A stretch of 64,000 bases of DNA, from assembly GCA_902583785.1 (NCBI GenBank), contig CACHXE010000001.1, forward strand, positions 1,774 to 65,773, in the 5' to 3' direction. The notes below the pieces were generated by a model that ran no database searches, was not told the DNA's origin, and saw only the letters and a program-made list of their open reading frames with translations. Positions 38,212 through 50,572 of this stretch are shown here, piece after piece. Origin of the DNA: an uncultured Pelagibacteraceae bacterium (lineage in GTDB: Bacteria; Pseudomonadota; Alphaproteobacteria; Pelagibacterales; Pelagibacteraceae). The position numbers and the translations under genes were made by a program. The first letter of the stretch is position 1. Every line of letters starts with the position of its first letter.

Positions 38212-38964
38212 TCACATACTTGAAATAATATTATCTAATTCATTTAAAATTTTTTTTATATTTTTTTTGTTAGATAAACTGTGGTCACCATTTTTTATTA
38301 AATAAAGTTTTTTTCTTGCATAAGGAAAAATTTTTAAAATTTTTTTAGAAAAAGATACTGGAACTGATGCATCTTTATTTCCATGAAACATACGAACATC
38401 TATATTTGAATTTATTTTTTTGGATAAGACTTTATTTTTTTTTCCATCTTTTATAAGTTGTCTTGTGATCGGATAGGTATACTCACCATGTTTTATAATG
38501 CTAATTCCATTTTTGATAATTTCATTTTTTATTTTTTTTGTAAATTTTTTCCACATCAATCTGGTCAAAAATTCAGGTGCCGAACCGATTCCAACAAATC
38601 CTTTAATTTGACTTTTAAAATATTTAAATTGAATTAATGATAGCCATGCGCCCATACTAGATCCAATTAAAATAAAATCATTTTTTTTAACCAATTTTTT
38701 TATTACAATTTTTACTTCTTTACTCCATTTGCTTATATTACCATCAGTAAATCTTCCCGATGATTTTCCGTGCCCAGAGTATTCAAGTGCTAAAAAACCA
38801 ACTTTTTTTTTTACAGCATATCTTAAGAAAGCTTTTGGTTTTTTACCTGTGATATCTGACTGAAATCCAGGAAGAAAAATTATATACAGATTATCTTTGT
38901 AATAATTGTTCAAATATCTGAGTTTTTTTGTTTTTGATAATTTAAAATATTTAAATTTTTTCAT
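38212..38964 (-). CDS. alpha/beta hydrolase
   Basis: 250 aa with the nucleophile elbow GSSMGAW, plus HGNKDASVP and a GDHS histidine block. Confidence 0.65.
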   Translation of the reverse strand: MKKFKYFKLSKTKKLRYLNNYYKDNLYIIFLPGFQSDITGKKPKAFLRYAVKKKVGFLALEYSGHGKSSGRFTDGNISKWSKEVKIVIKKLVKKNDFILIGSSMGAWLSLIQFKYFKSQIKGFVGIGSAPEFLTRLMWKKFTKKIKNEIIKNGISIIKHGEYTYPITRQLIKDGKKNKVLSKKINSNIDVRMFHGNKDASVPVSFSKKILKIFPYARKKLYLIKNGDHSLSNKKNIKKILNELDNIISSM

Positions 38965-39035
38965 ATAAAGTTTATCTACTTAATCTGTTATTATATATTT
39001 ATCATTTAGTTTAAATAAATGCTAAATTCATTTTT

Positions 39036-40010
39036 ATGAAAATTCTATTAACTGGCGGCGCAGGTTACATTGGAAGCCATACTGCATTATCCTTAATTGA
39101 TAACGGTCACTCTGTAACAGTAATTGACAACTTGATAACTGGCAATAAGATGTTAATACCTGCAAAAGCAAAACATTATAATTTTGATATTGCAGACGAA
39201 AATTCAATACAAAAAATTCTAAAAGAAAATAAATTTGATATAGTCATGCATTTTGCTGGACTTACAAGAGTAGAAGAGTCAGTTAAATACCCTGAGAAAT
39301 ACCAACTTCATAACTTTGAAAAATCGAAAATATTTTTTTTGTTGTGTATTAAAAATAATCTTAAAAAAATCATATTTTCCTCAAGTGCCGGTGTTTATGG
39401 AAATAGCAATTCCAGTAATTTAACCGAGGATAGCGAATTAAAACCAATTAATCCATACGCAGAATCAAAATATAAAATAGAAAATTTTTTAATTGAAATT
39501 TCAAAAAAAGATAAAGTTGATTATACAATTTTAAGATATTTTAATGTTGCAGGAGCAGACAAAAGTAACAGATCCGGACTTATTGCAAAGTCCTCCTCAA
39601 ATTTAATTAAAGTTCTTTGTGAGGTAGCAACTAACAAAAGAGAGAAAATTATAATTAATGGAGATGATTATAAAACTAAAGATGGCACAGCTATAAGAGA
39701 TTTTATTCATGTTACTGATATAGCTGATATGCATGTGTTAGCTGCAAATAATCTCATAAAAAAACCAATTTCAAACATATATAACTGCGGTTACGGGAGC
39801 GGATATTCCGTAAAAGAAGTAATTAATGAAATGGAAAATATTATAAAAAATAAATTACAAGTAGATATTGGACCACGAAGACCAAACGACATCGCAGTTT
39901 CAGTTGCAAATAGTGATAAATTTAAGAAAGAATTTAATTGGAAACCAAGGTTTAATAATTTAAATATTATTTTAAGTTCAGCTTTGAATTGGGAAAAAAA
40001 TAATTCATGA
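39036..40010 (+). CDS. galE: UDP-glucose 4-epimerase
   Basis: 324 aa with TGGAGYIGSH, the SSSAGVYG block, YAESKYKIE (YxxxK), RYFNVAGA and IRDFIHV. Confidence 0.85.
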   Translation: MKILLTGGAGYIGSHTALSLIDNGHSVTVIDNLITGNKMLIPAKAKHYNFDIADENSIQKILKENKFDIVMHFAGLTRVEESVKYPEKYQLHNFEKSKIFFLLCIKNNLKKIIFSSSAGVYGNSNSSNLTEDSELKPINPYAESKYKIENFLIEISKKDKVDYTILRYFNVAGADKSNRSGLIAKSSSNLIKVLCEVATNKREKIIINGDDYKTKDGTAIRDFIHVTDIADMHVLAANNLIKKPISNIYNCGYGSGYSVKEVINEMENIIKNKLQVDIGPRRPNDIAVSVANSDKFKKEFNWKPRFNNLNIILSSALNWEKNNS

Positions 40011-41155
40011 GTTTTAAAGTACTACAAGTTATCCCAAAATTAGGTTATGGCGGTGCAGAAACTGGTTGCTATGATATTGCCCACTATCTATCTGAAAAAA
40101 ATTGTAAGTCATACATAATTACCAGTGGTGGACCGCTATTGAAATTTATTCGAAAAGACAAAGTGAAAGTTTTTAGACTTCCGGTACAATCTAAAAATCC
40201 ACTTCTTATATTGCTTAATACAATCTTAATTTCGATTATAGTAATTTTTTTAAGAATTGATATTGTTCATGCCAGAAGTAGAGCACCAGCTTGGTCATGT
40301 TTATTATCTTGTAAAATAACTAGGGCAAAATTCGTTACAACTTTCCACGGTGTATATAATTTCTCAAATAGTATAAAAAAATTTTATAATTCTGTAATGG
40401 TTAGATCTAGGCTGATAATTGCTGGATCAAATTATGTTTTTAATCATATAAATAAAAATTACGGTAATTTAATTAATAATAAAAAAAGATTATTAGTTAT
40501 TTTTAGAGGTATAAACACACAATATTTTGATAATTCAAATATTACAAATGACAAAGTCAAAAGTATTTACTCTATATTAAATCTTAACTCTGAAAAAACA
40601 AAAATTCTTTTACCAGGAAGACTCACTCGATGGAAAGGACAAGAAATGTTTATAGAGTCTCTCAATTTACTTAAAACAAATTATAAAAAGGGAAATTTTC
40701 AAGCAATAATTTTGGGCTCCCACCAGGGCAGAACTGTTTATTTTAAAAAATTAATTTCACTCATTGAAAAATATGGTTTAAAGAAAGATGTATTCTTCAT
40801 TAATCATATTAAAGAAATGCCAGTGGCTTATTATGTTTCAGATATAGTAGTATCTTCGTCTATTGAACCAGAGGCATTTGGTAGAATATCTGTAGAAGCA
40901 CAATCAATGAGAAGGCCTATTCTTGCAAGTAATCACGGCGGTTCCAAAGAGACTATTTTGGATGGAAAATCGGGATTTTTATTCGAAAATAATAACCCAC
41001 AATCCCTTGCAGAAAATTTAAATAAATTAATAGAAATGGATAAAGACAAGTTGCAATCAATTGGAAATGAAGGTAGGAAAAATATATTGAAAAAATTTGA
41101 TGTAGAACAAATGTGTTATTCAACTTTTTTAGAATATAAAAAACTAATTAAATAA
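40007..41155 (+). CDS. glycosyltransferase, GT4 (group 1) family
   Basis: 382 aa with the C-terminal EPEAFGRISVEAQSMRRPILASNHGGSKETI block (E-x7-E type). It overlaps the galE stop by 4 nt. Confidence 0.8.
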   Translation: MSFKVLQVIPKLGYGGAETGCYDIAHYLSEKNCKSYIITSGGPLLKFIRKDKVKVFRLPVQSKNPLLILLNTILISIIVIFLRIDIVHARSRAPAWSCLLSCKITRAKFVTTFHGVYNFSNSIKKFYNSVMVRSRLIIAGSNYVFNHINKNYGNLINNKKRLLVIFRGINTQYFDNSNITNDKVKSIYSILNLNSEKTKILLPGRLTRWKGQEMFIESLNLLKTNYKKGNFQAIILGSHQGRTVYFKKLISLIEKYGLKKDVFFINHIKEMPVAYYVSDIVVSSSIEPEAFGRISVEAQSMRRPILASNHGGSKETILDGKSGFLFENNNPQSLAENLNKLIEMDKDKLQSIGNEGRKNILKKFDVEQMCYSTFLEYKKLIK

Positions 41156-43078
41156 ATGCCCAATATTACTTTACCTGACGGAAAAAAGATTAATTTCAAG
41201 AATAAAGTAACCGGCCTAGAGATTGCTGAAAAAATAAGTAAATCACTTTCTAAGCAAGCCCTAATAATGAGCGTAGATGGACAGTTAAAAGATCTAACAT
41301 TTTCAATTGTAAAAGACTCTTCCGTTAAAATTATTACCCACAAAGATAAAGAAGGTTTAGATGTAATAAGACATGATGCTGCACATATAATGGCAATGTC
41401 TGTACAAGAATTATTTCCAGGAACTCAAGTTACTATTGGTCCTGTTATTGAAAATGGTTTTTACTATGATTTTTCAAGAAAAGACCCTTTTACAAAAAAT
41501 GATTTAGAAAAAATTGAGAAAAAAATGTCAGAAATAATCGACAGAGATGTAAAAACAAGAAGGGAAGTGTGGGAAAGAGATAAAGCTATAAAACATTTCA
41601 AAAATTTAGGAGAAAAGTATAAGGCTGAAATTATTCAAAGCATACCTGAAAAAGAAGAGCTTTCAGTTTACCATCATGGCGATACTTGGCATGATTTATG
41701 TAGGGGGCCCCATTTAACTTCCTCGAGTAAAATCGGTAAAGCTTTTAAATTAACTAAAGTATCGGGTGCTTATTGGAGAGGTGACTCAAATAATGAGATG
41801 TTACAAAGAATTTACGGTACATGTTGGAGTTCAAAAAAAGAGTTAGATGATTATTTACATAGATTAGAAGAGGCTGAAAAAAGAGATCATAGAAAGTTAG
41901 GCAAAGAGATGGATCTTTTTCATTTTAGGGAGGAGAGTCCAGGATCTGTTTTTTGGCATGAGAAAGGATGGAATTTATTTCAAAGACTTATTGAGTATAT
42001 GAGATTAAAACAAAGAAATGCAGGATATAGAGAGATTAATACTCCAGAACTTTTGGATAAAAGCCTTTGGGAAAAATCAGGCCATTGGGATAAATTTGGT
42101 GATCATATGTTCACATCCGAAACTCCAGATAATAAAACTTTTGCTATTAAACCCATGAACTGTCCTGGATGTGTTCAAGTATTTAATCAAGGTCTAAAAA
42201 GCTATAGAGATCTTCCACTCAAACTATCTGAATTTGGTAAAGTTCATAGGTATGAACCTTCGGGTGCTTTGCATGGTCTTTTAAGAGTTAGAGCGTTTAC
42301 ACAAGATGACGCACATATTTTTTGTACAGAAGAACAAATTACAGAAGAATGTATTAGCGTAACTAATCTGATATTAGATATTTATAAAGATTTAGGATTT
42401 AAAAAAGTATTTCTAAAATATTCAGACAGACCAGAAAAAAGAGTTGGGGATGATAAAATTTGGGACAAATCCGAGAAAGCATTACAAGCAGCTATAAAAA
42501 AAACAAAACTAGAATACAGCGTAAATAAAGGGGAAGGAGCATTTTATGGACCAAAGATTGAATTTGTATTAAGAGATGCCATTGGTAGAGATTGGCAATG
42601 TGGAACTCTTCAAGTAGATTTAAACTTACCAGGAAGACTTGGTGCAACTTTTGTTGATAAAGATGGAAGTAAAAAAGTACCTGTAATGTTACATAGAGCT
42701 CTTTTTGGTTCTTTAGAAAGATTTATTGGAATAATAATTGAAAATTATGCTGGTAAACTTCCTTTTTGGCTTTCGCCCTCACAAGCTGTTGTATTACCTA
42801 TAGCCCAGGAGCACAATGAATATGCAAAAAAAATATTTAAAGAACTCTTCAAAGAAGGTATAAAATGCGAAGTGGATTTAAGAAATCAAAAAATTAATTA
42901 TAAAATAAGAGAGCATTCTCTATCCAAAGTTCCACTACTATTGATTTGTGGAAGTAAAGAAGTAAATGCAAAGAATATTACTATTAGAAAACTTGGATCA
43001 GAAAAGCAAGAAACAATTAAATTTTCAAAAGCTTTAGAAAATATCAAATCGTTAAACAACCTTCCTATTAAAAATTAG
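41156..43078 (+). CDS. thrS: threonyl-tRNA synthetase
   Basis: 640 aa with TGS, editing and class II core domains (HRKLGKEMDLF, FRVRAFTQDDAHIF, GAFYGPKIEF). Confidence 0.95.
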   Translation: MPNITLPDGKKINFKNKVTGLEIAEKISKSLSKQALIMSVDGQLKDLTFSIVKDSSVKIITHKDKEGLDVIRHDAAHIMAMSVQELFPGTQVTIGPVIENGFYYDFSRKDPFTKNDLEKIEKKMSEIIDRDVKTRREVWERDKAIKHFKNLGEKYKAEIIQSIPEKEELSVYHHGDTWHDLCRGPHLTSSSKIGKAFKLTKVSGAYWRGDSNNEMLQRIYGTCWSSKKELDDYLHRLEEAEKRDHRKLGKEMDLFHFREESPGSVFWHEKGWNLFQRLIEYMRLKQRNAGYREINTPELLDKSLWEKSGHWDKFGDHMFTSETPDNKTFAIKPMNCPGCVQVFNQGLKSYRDLPLKLSEFGKVHRYEPSGALHGLLRVRAFTQDDAHIFCTEEQITEECISVTNLILDIYKDLGFKKVFLKYSDRPEKRVGDDKIWDKSEKALQAAIKKTKLEYSVNKGEGAFYGPKIEFVLRDAIGRDWQCGTLQVDLNLPGRLGATFVDKDGSKKVPVMLHRALFGSLERFIGIIIENYAGKLPFWLSPSQAVVLPIAQEHNEYAKKIFKELFKEGIKCEVDLRNQKINYKIREHSLSKVPLLLICGSKEVNAKNITIRKLGSEKQETIKFSKALENIKSLNNLPIKN

Positions 43079-43623
43079 TGCAAAAACAAAAATCAAATTT
43101 TTTTCATCGGAAACCAAAATTTCATGGTCCAAAGATTAACGAAAGAATCAGAAGTCTTGATGTTCAGGTTATAAGTAGTGAAGGAGAGAACCTTGGTGTT
43201 TTGCCTATTAAAAAAGCAATCGAAGCTGCCAAAAGGGAAGGTCTTGATCTTATAGAAATATCCCCCAATGCTAATCCACCTGTATGTAAAATTATGGATA
43301 TAGGAAAATATAAATATGATATGCAAAAAAAAGCAAGCAAAGCAAAAAAAAATCAACGAATATCTATTCTTAAAGAATTAAAATTAAGACCGGGAACTGA
43401 AATACATGATTATAATTTTAAAATCAAAAATGCTAAAAAATTTTTAACAAAAGGAGATAAAGTTAAGTTCACTGTAAAATTTAAAGGTAGAGAAATGCAG
43501 CACATTCAACTTGGAAAAAATTTAATGGAAAGGATTATTGCAGATACAAAAGATTTAGGCCAAGTGGAAGTAAGCCCTAAGTTTGAGGGAAGGCAAATGA
43601 TAATGATAATTCAGCCCAATTAG
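43078..43623 (+). CDS. infC: translation initiation factor IF-3 (non-ATG start)
   Basis: INERIRSLDVQVISSEGENLGVLPIKKAIEAAKREGLDLIEI is the IF-3 N-domain. There is no in-frame ATG before it. The candidates are the GTG at 43078, which overlaps the thrS TAG, or the ATT at 43135. Confidence 0.85.
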   Translation: MQKQKSNFFHRKPKFHGPKINERIRSLDVQVISSEGENLGVLPIKKAIEAAKREGLDLIEISPNANPPVCKIMDIGKYKYDMQKKASKAKKNQRISILKELKLRPGTEIHDYNFKIKNAKKFLTKGDKVKFTVKFKGREMQHIQLGKNLMERIIADTKDLGQVEVSPKFEGRQMIMIIQPN

Positions 43624-43678
43624 GCTTCATTAAAAAAATCTTGCTAACAAAAAATAATATCTATATAAATCCGTAATC

Positions 43679-43885
43679 ATGCCAAAATTAAAAACTAAAA
43701 GTTCTGCAAAAAAAAGATTTAGATTTTCTAAATCTGGAAAAATCAAAATGCCACAGGCAGGAAAAAGACATGGTATGATTAAAAGAACAAATTCTCAAAT
43801 TCGAAAACAAAGAGGCTCAACTATAATGTCAAAACAGGATTCCAAGATTGTTAAATCCTATATGCCATATAGTTTGAGAGGTTAA
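43679..43885 (+). CDS. rpmI: 50S ribosomal protein L35
   Basis: 68 aa beginning [14 protein letters not shown]. Confidence 0.9.
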   Translation: MPKLKTKSSAKKRFRFSKSGKIKMPQAGKRHGMIKRTNSQIRKQRGSTIMSKQDSKIVKSYMPYSLRG

Positions 43886-43886
43886 T

Positions 43887-44243
43887 ATGTCTAGAACTAA
43901 AAGAGGCGTTATTAGTAGAGCAAGACATAAAAAAGTTCTTAAATATGTAAAAGGCCAATTTGGTAGAAGAAAAAACACCATTCGTATAGCTCGGCAGGCA
44001 ATGGAAAAAGCTATGCAATATGCATATAGAGATCGAAGAGCAAAAAAAAGAGAATTTAGATCTTTGTGGATCCAAAGGATAAATGCGGGTGTTAGAGAAG
44101 AAGGCATGACATATTCGAAATTTATTAACGGATTAAGCAAGTCAAAGATTAAATTAGATCGAAAAGTTTTAGCTGATTTAGCATATAATAATCCAGAAGC
44201 TTTCAAATCCCTTGTTAAAAAAGTTCAGTTATCAATAAAATAA
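43887..44243 (+). CDS. rplT: 50S ribosomal protein L20
   Basis: 118 aa beginning [41 protein letters not shown]. Confidence 0.95.
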   Translation: MSRTKRGVISRARHKKVLKYVKGQFGRRKNTIRIARQAMEKAMQYAYRDRRAKKREFRSLWIQRINAGVREEGMTYSKFINGLSKSKIKLDRKVLADLAYNNPEAFKSLVKKVQLSIK

Positions 44244-44284
44244 ACTTGTTTTTTCTTTTACAAAGTTAGAGTAAAAACTAACTA

Positions 44285-45340
44285 ATGGCAGATTTACGAG
44301 AATTAATTCAAAAAGTGTTACAAGCAAAAGACAAGTTAGAATTGCAAAATCTTAAATCTCAATTCTTAGGAAAAAATAGTCAAATTAATCAAGAATTTAA
44401 AAAACTCGGTTCACTTAATGAGAATGATAGAAAAATTCGAGCATCATCATTAAATAATGAAAAACAAAAAATTTCCGAAGCTATTAATAACAAGTTTAAA
44501 GAATTAGAAAATTTAGAAATAAATCAAAAACTACAAAAAAATAAAGTTGATGTGACACTACCTGCCCGAGAAAGACCAAATGGAAAAATTCATCCAGTTT
44601 CACAAGTTATTGATGAGATTTCATCAATATTTTCTGAAATAGGTTTTTCTGTTGCCGAGGGGCCAGATGTAGAAAGTGAATATAATAATTTTACAGCCCT
44701 AAATACCCCTGAAGATCATCCAGCTAGAGATATGCATGATACTTTTTATTTAGATGACAATAAAAAAATATTACTAAGAACACATACATCGCCAGTTCAA
44801 ATTAGAACGATGTTAAGTGGCAAAGCCCCATTTAAAATTATAGTACCTGGTAGAACTTATCGTTGTGATAGTGACCAAACTCATGCACCAATGTTTCATC
44901 AACTAGAGGGATTACACATTGATAAAGATATCACTATGGGTCATTTAAAAGGATGTCTAGATTATTTCGTAAAAGAATTTTTTGAGGTTAAGAAGATTCG
45001 AATGAGATTTAGACCAAGCCACTTTCCATTTACAGAGCCTTCTGCAGAAGTTGATATTGGTTACAGGTTAGAAAACGGTAGAATAATTGTTGGTGAGGGT
45101 GACAAGTGGCTCGAGATATTGGGATGTGGAATGGTTCATCCAAATGTTTTAAAAAATACCAAAGTAGATACAAAAAAATTTCAAGGTTATGCATTTGGTA
45201 TGGGAATAGACAGACTTGCAATGTTAAAATACGGAATAAACGATCTTAGATCTTTTTTTGAAGCTGACTTTAGATGGTTAAATTATTTTGGATTTGACCC
45301 TTTAGACGTTCCAACAAATTATAGAGGTTTAAGCAGATGA
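44285..45340 (+). CDS. pheS: phenylalanyl-tRNA synthetase alpha subunit
   Basis: 351 aa with class II motifs ([36 protein letters not shown]). Confidence 0.95.
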   Translation: MADLRELIQKVLQAKDKLELQNLKSQFLGKNSQINQEFKKLGSLNENDRKIRASSLNNEKQKISEAINNKFKELENLEINQKLQKNKVDVTLPARERPNGKIHPVSQVIDEISSIFSEIGFSVAEGPDVESEYNNFTALNTPEDHPARDMHDTFYLDDNKKILLRTHTSPVQIRTMLSGKAPFKIIVPGRTYRCDSDQTHAPMFHQLEGLHIDKDITMGHLKGCLDYFVKEFFEVKKIRMRFRPSHFPFTEPSAEVDIGYRLENGRIIVGEGDKWLEILGCGMVHPNVLKNTKVDTKKFQGYAFGMGIDRLAMLKYGINDLRSFFEADFRWLNYFGFDPLDVPTNYRGLSR

Positions 45341-47739
45341 TAATAACTTTATCCTGGCTTAAAGATCATTTAGTTACCAATGCAAATTTAGGAAAAATAA
45401 TAGATAAACTCACCGACATAGGCCTTGAGGTTGAGGGATTAAAAGAAAATCAAGGTGATCTATCTAATTTTAAAATTGCAAAAGTTCTAAAAGCAGAAAA
45501 ACACCCTAACGCAGATAAATTAAAACTTTGTGAAGTTAGTTTGGGCAATAGCAAAACTTTCAAAGTTGTTTGTGGTGCTGCAAATGCCAGAGAAGGATTG
45601 ATAACTGTGTATGCCCCTCCTGGAACAGTAATTCCAAAAACAAAAATGAAATTGAAAATAGCCAAAATCAGAGGTGTAGAGTCCCATGGCATGCTATGTT
45701 CTGAAAGCGAACTGAACATTTCAGATGAAAGTGATGGAATAGTTGAGTTAAAGAACAGAAGTAAAGATATTGGAAAAAACTATTTTAAGGGCAAAGGTGA
45801 AAAATCAATAGATTTGTCAGTAACGCCAAACAGACCAGATTGTTTAGGGGTTAGAGGAATAGCCAGAGACTTAGCTTCAGCGGGTTTAGGAAAACTTTCT
45901 AATCTTAAAAAAATCAAATTTAAACAAAATTTTTCTCAGCCAGTGAAAATTTCTATTACAAAAGAAAAAAACCAGGGATGTATGTCGTTTGGTGCTTGCT
46001 ATATAAGAAATATTAAAAACAAAGAAAGCCCAGAATGGTTAAAAGAAAAGATAATTTCTCTTGGTTTAAAACCAATATCTGCAGTGGTTGATATTACAAA
46101 TTACGTAATGTTGGATCTAAATAGACCTCTGCATGCTTATGATGCTGATAAAATAGATAAAGAAATTATAGTACGCAATTCTAAAACTGAAGAAATTTTT
46201 GAAGCATTAGATGGTAAAAAATATAAGCTTAAAAATAATATGTGTGTTATTTGCGACAAATCAGGCGCGTTAGGTCTCGGAGGAATTATTGGAGGCACTC
46301 GTTCAGGAACTGAATTTAAAACAACAAATATACTATTGGAGTCGGCATATTTTTTTCCATCTTCTGTAAGAAAAACTGCAAACTCTTTAGACATTGATAC
46401 TGATGCAAAATATAGATTTGAAAGAGGAATCGATCCAAATTCCATAAAAGAAGGTCTCGAATTAGCTACAGGCCTAATTATTAAAATTTGTGGAGGAGAA
46501 GCAAGTAAATTTTCTGTAGTTGGCAAAACCAGTATAAAGAGTCGATTAATTGAAATCGATAACAATAAATTTAAAAAAGTTATAGGAATTCCAATCTCGT
46601 CAAGTGAAACTAAAAAAATACTTAATTCATTAGGTTTCAAAACAAAATTTTCTAAAAAGAATTTCAAAATTGAAATTCCTTCTTGGAGGCCTGATGTAAA
46701 GCAAGACATAGATATTATAGAAGAACTTATAAGGATAAAGGGCTTTGATAAGATTTCACTAATTCATCCAGAAAGAAAAAGATCAAAAGAAACTCTAAAT
46801 TTTAAACAGAAATTATTTCATCTCTCTCAAAGAGCTGTAGCTAGCAAAGGTTATTTAGAGGCAGTGACATGGTCTTTCACAGACTCTCGAATAGACAAGC
46901 AGTTTTCACAAGGAAAAAAAGAAATAGAAATTACAAATCCAATTTCAAGTGATTTGAATGTATTAAGAAGATCAATATTTTCAAATTTAATCATTTATCT
47001 AAAAAAAAATCAGGACAGAGGATATCCAGACCTTTCGTTATTCGAAATTGGACCAACTTTTTCTGGAAACAAGCCTGGCGAACAACAGATTGTTCTTGGT
47101 GCTTTAAAATCTGGAGTCGCAAATAGAAAAAGTTGGGACGCTAAAACAAGAAATATAGATGTCTTTGATGTCAAAGCAGATGCAATAAAAACTTTAGTAG
47201 AGCTTGGTATTAATGAAGATGATTTAAACATAAGTAACAATACACAAGATTTTTATAATCCAGGAAGATCTGGCTCAGTGAATCTTAAATCGCCTAGTGG
47301 ACTCCAACTAGCTTCTTTTGGAGAAATACACCCGGGTATAGTTGCGAATATAGATTTAAAAGAGAGAAATGTTTGTGGATTTGAGATTTTTCTAAAAAAT
47401 ATACCAGAGCCCCAAAAAAAATATAGGCTTGCTAAAAGAAACTACTCTGTTTCCGAATTCCAAAAATCCGAGAGAGATTTTGCCTTCGTTATTGATAAAA
47501 ATTATAAAGCAGGAGATATAGAAAAAATTATAGGCGATGTTGATAAGAGTCTAATTAAAAAAGTTTTAATATTTGATGTCTTCGAAGGCGGTAATATGCC
47601 TGAAGGAAAAAAATCTATAGCTGTAAATGTTACAATTCAATCAATGGTAAAAACTCTTTCAGAAAAAGATTTAAATGAAGTTAGTCAAAAAATAATAAAT
47701 ATTGTTAAAGCCAAGACTGGCGGAACAATAAGATCCTAA
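45337..47739 (+). CDS. pheT: phenylalanyl-tRNA synthetase beta subunit
   Basis: 800 aa with a tRNA-binding OB domain ([13 protein letters not shown]) and the B3/4, B5 and FDX-ACB domain order. It overlaps pheS by 4 nt. Confidence 0.95.
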   Translation: MIITLSWLKDHLVTNANLGKIIDKLTDIGLEVEGLKENQGDLSNFKIAKVLKAEKHPNADKLKLCEVSLGNSKTFKVVCGAANAREGLITVYAPPGTVIPKTKMKLKIAKIRGVESHGMLCSESELNISDESDGIVELKNRSKDIGKNYFKGKGEKSIDLSVTPNRPDCLGVRGIARDLASAGLGKLSNLKKIKFKQNFSQPVKISITKEKNQGCMSFGACYIRNIKNKESPEWLKEKIISLGLKPISAVVDITNYVMLDLNRPLHAYDADKIDKEIIVRNSKTEEIFEALDGKKYKLKNNMCVICDKSGALGLGGIIGGTRSGTEFKTTNILLESAYFFPSSVRKTANSLDIDTDAKYRFERGIDPNSIKEGLELATGLIIKICGGEASKFSVVGKTSIKSRLIEIDNNKFKKVIGIPISSSETKKILNSLGFKTKFSKKNFKIEIPSWRPDVKQDIDIIEELIRIKGFDKISLIHPERKRSKETLNFKQKLFHLSQRAVASKGYLEAVTWSFTDSRIDKQFSQGKKEIEITNPISSDLNVLRRSIFSNLIIYLKKNQDRGYPDLSLFEIGPTFSGNKPGEQQIVLGALKSGVANRKSWDAKTRNIDVFDVKADAIKTLVELGINEDDLNISNNTQDFYNPGRSGSVNLKSPSGLQLASFGEIHPGIVANIDLKERNVCGFEIFLKNIPEPQKKYRLAKRNYSVSEFQKSERDFAFVIDKNYKAGDIEKIIGDVDKSLIKKVLIFDVFEGGNMPEGKKSIAVNVTIQSMVKTLSEKDLNEVSQKIINIVKAKTGGTIRS

Positions 47740-49547
47740 TGTCAGATATCAATAAAGTAAGAAATTTTGCGATCATCGCACATATTGATCATGGAAAATC
47801 AACAATTGCTGACAGAATGATACAAATTTGTGGAGGTCTTTCAGAAAGAGAAATGAAGGAACAGGTTTTAGATTCCATGGATATTGAGAGAGAAAGAGGA
47901 ATTACTATTAAGGCACAAACCGTGAAACTAAATTATAAATCAAAAGATGGAAAAGAATACACTCTAAATATTATTGATACTCCCGGTCACGTTGATTTTA
48001 GTTATGAAGTAAGCCGTTCTTTACTTGCTTGTGAAGGGTCAGTATTAATTGTTGATAGCACCCAAGGTGTTGAGGCTCAAACTTTAGCTAATGTATATCA
48101 GGCATTAGATACGAATCATCATATTGTACCAGTTTTAAATAAAATTGATTTACCTGCTTCTGATACAGAAAAAGTAAAAAAGCAGATAGAGGATGTCATA
48201 GGTATTGATACATCAAAAGCTATTTCATGTTCAGGAAAAACAGGTGAAGGCGTCCAAGAGATTTTAGAGTCAATAGTAAAAGATCTTCCTGTACCTAAAG
48301 GAGATTCAAAATCAAAACTTAAATCGTTATTAGTAGACAGTTGGTATGACAGTTATCTGGGAGTAGTAATTTTAGTAAGGATTTTAGATGGAAAAATAAA
48401 AAAAGGAATGAAAATAAAGTTAATGTCAACTAATCAAGAATATGAAATAGAGAAAGTCGGTGTTTTTACACCTAAGGCCAAAGATATAGAAGAATTAAAC
48501 GCAGGCGAAATAGGATTTATTATTACTGGAATCAAGAGTTTATCAGAAACAAAAGTTGGAGACACAATATGCGACTCAAAAGATCCTTTGGAAAAACCTT
48601 TACCAGGATTTAAACCAAGCAAACCTGTTGTATTTTGTGGGCTATTTCCAGTTGATAGCTCCGAGTACCAAAAACTTAAAGATGGTTTAGCAAAACTTAA
48701 ATTAAATGACTCAAGTTTTTCCTACGAGCCAGAGTCTTCAAGTGCATTAGGTCTTGGCTTTAGATGTGGATTTTTAGGTTTGCTTCATTTAGAAATTATT
48801 ACTCAAAGACTCGAGAGAGAATTTGATATTAATTTAATAACTACAACACCAGGAGTGGTTTATAAACTTAACAAAATTAATGGAGAAGTGACAGATCTTC
48901 AAAACCCTACATCCATGCCAGATCCAACCCAAATAAAATTTATTGAGGAACCCTGGATAAAGGCAACAATTATTACCCCAGATGAATATTTAGGATCGAT
49001 AATCAAAATATGTCAGGATAAAAGGGGAATCCAAAAAGATTTATCATATTCTGGAAATAGAGCTGTTTTAGTTTATGAACTTCCACTAAATGAAGTCGTA
49101 TTTGATTTTTATGATAGGTTAAAATCTTTAACAAGCGGCTATGCCAGTTTTGATTACGAAATTACGGACTACAAAGAAGGGGACCTGGTTAAACTAGGAA
49201 TACTCGTAAATAATGAGCCAGTTGACGCTTTATCAATGATTATTCATAAAGAATTTGCACAGAACCAAGGTAGGCTTGTTTGTGAAAAGTTAAAAGATCT
49301 CATTCCAAGGCATAATTTTATGATTCCAATACAAGCTGCTATAGGAGGTAAAATTATTGCCCGGGAAAGTATAAAGGGTTTTAAAAAAGATGTTCTTACT
49401 AAAATACATGGCGGTGGTGCTAGAGACCGTAAAAGAAAATTATTAGATAAACAAAAAAAAGGTAAAGCCAGATCAAAACAATTTGGAAGAGTTGAAATTC
49501 CTCAGGAAGCTTTTATAGGTGTATTAAAAATAAATAAAGAGACATAA
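47739..49547 (+). CDS. lepA: elongation factor 4
   Basis: 602 aa with [29 protein letters not shown] and the LepA C-terminal domain. Both ends have a 1-nt TAATG junction. Confidence 0.95.
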   Translation: MSDINKVRNFAIIAHIDHGKSTIADRMIQICGGLSEREMKEQVLDSMDIERERGITIKAQTVKLNYKSKDGKEYTLNIIDTPGHVDFSYEVSRSLLACEGSVLIVDSTQGVEAQTLANVYQALDTNHHIVPVLNKIDLPASDTEKVKKQIEDVIGIDTSKAISCSGKTGEGVQEILESIVKDLPVPKGDSKSKLKSLLVDSWYDSYLGVVILVRILDGKIKKGMKIKLMSTNQEYEIEKVGVFTPKAKDIEELNAGEIGFIITGIKSLSETKVGDTICDSKDPLEKPLPGFKPSKPVVFCGLFPVDSSEYQKLKDGLAKLKLNDSSFSYEPESSSALGLGFRCGFLGLLHLEIITQRLEREFDINLITTTPGVVYKLNKINGEVTDLQNPTSMPDPTQIKFIEEPWIKATIITPDEYLGSIIKICQDKRGIQKDLSYSGNRAVLVYELPLNEVVFDFYDRLKSLTSGYASFDYEITDYKEGDLVKLGILVNNEPVDALSMIIHKEFAQNQGRLVCEKLKDLIPRHNFMIPIQAAIGGKIIARESIKGFKKDVLTKIHGGGARDRKRKLLDKQKKGKARSKQFGRVEIPQEAFIGVLKINKET

Positions 49548-50572
49548 TGCAAAACAAGCTCTTCATAATATCAAACGAAAAAATTTCTGGGTCAAATAAT
49601 AATTTTTTTTGTGATAATCTCGATATGAAATCTACCCCAGAAGGTTTAAAAACATATTTTGATATTCACATTTTAGGAAGAAATTCTAGCAACGCTAGAT
49701 CACATAAAATAAATATAGAAAAAATTACTTTAAGCAAAACATTTTTTGGTTTTCTTTTTTCAATTTTAAAGTCTTTTGAACAAAAGGATACAAAATATTT
49801 AATAATTTCAATATCTCCATTTACATTTTTTGCTAGTATTTTACTTGCTATTTATCAAAAAAAATCAATGACCTATTTAAGAAGCGATGGATACGAAGAA
49901 TACAAAAAAATTTTAGGTTTTATAGGTCCAATTATTTATCATATAATGTTTTCTGTGGTTTCCAAAATCTCCTACTTGATTGGTTGTAATAAAGAAGTCT
50001 TAAGAGGAAAACAGGGAAAAATAATTTACCCATCACAATTAACAGATAAATGGTTTTTAAATACATCTTCCCCTGAATTAAATAAAATAAAATTGTTATA
50101 CGTTGGTAGATTAAAAGTAGAAAAAGGTATTTATTCTCTATTGAAAATAATAAAAGATTTTAGAAAAGATATCTCATTATCAATTGTGGGAATAGAAAAA
50201 AATGTCAACAAAACTATTAAACAAGAAAATGTAAATATTTTAGAAATTGAAACTTCAGAGGAAAAATTAATCGAACTATATGATAATCATAATATCTTTA
50301 TTCTCCCGTCGTTTACTGAGGGTCACCCCATGGTCTTATTAGAGTCATTAGCACGTTCTAGACCGGTAATTATATTTGAGGAAATCAGCCATGTCGTAGG
50401 TAGTAAAAAAGGAATTTTTATAGCTAAAAGAAATTCACAAAGTCTCTTAGAAAAAATTGAATATATCGAAAGTAATTACATTAAAATACAGGAAGATATG
50501 AAAAATAATAATTTACCATTAAAAAAAGATTTTTTAAAACAGTTTAATAACTCGATTTTGAATTTAAATTAG
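49547..50572 (+). CDS. glycosyltransferase (GT1/GT4-like)
   Basis: 341 aa with the C-terminal block [22 protein letters not shown], typical of group 1 glycosyltransferases. Confidence 0.7.
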   Translation: MQNKLFIISNEKISGSNNNFFCDNLDMKSTPEGLKTYFDIHILGRNSSNARSHKINIEKITLSKTFFGFLFSILKSFEQKDTKYLIISISPFTFFASILLAIYQKKSMTYLRSDGYEEYKKILGFIGPIIYHIMFSVVSKISYLIGCNKEVLRGKQGKIIYPSQLTDKWFLNTSSPELNKIKLLYVGRLKVEKGIYSLLKIIKDFRKDISLSIVGIEKNVNKTIKQENVNILEIETSEEKLIELYDNHNIFILPSFTEGHPMVLLESLARSRPVIIFEEISHVVGSKKGIFIAKRNSQSLLEKIEYIESNYIKIQEDMKNNNLPLKKDFLKQFNNSILNLN

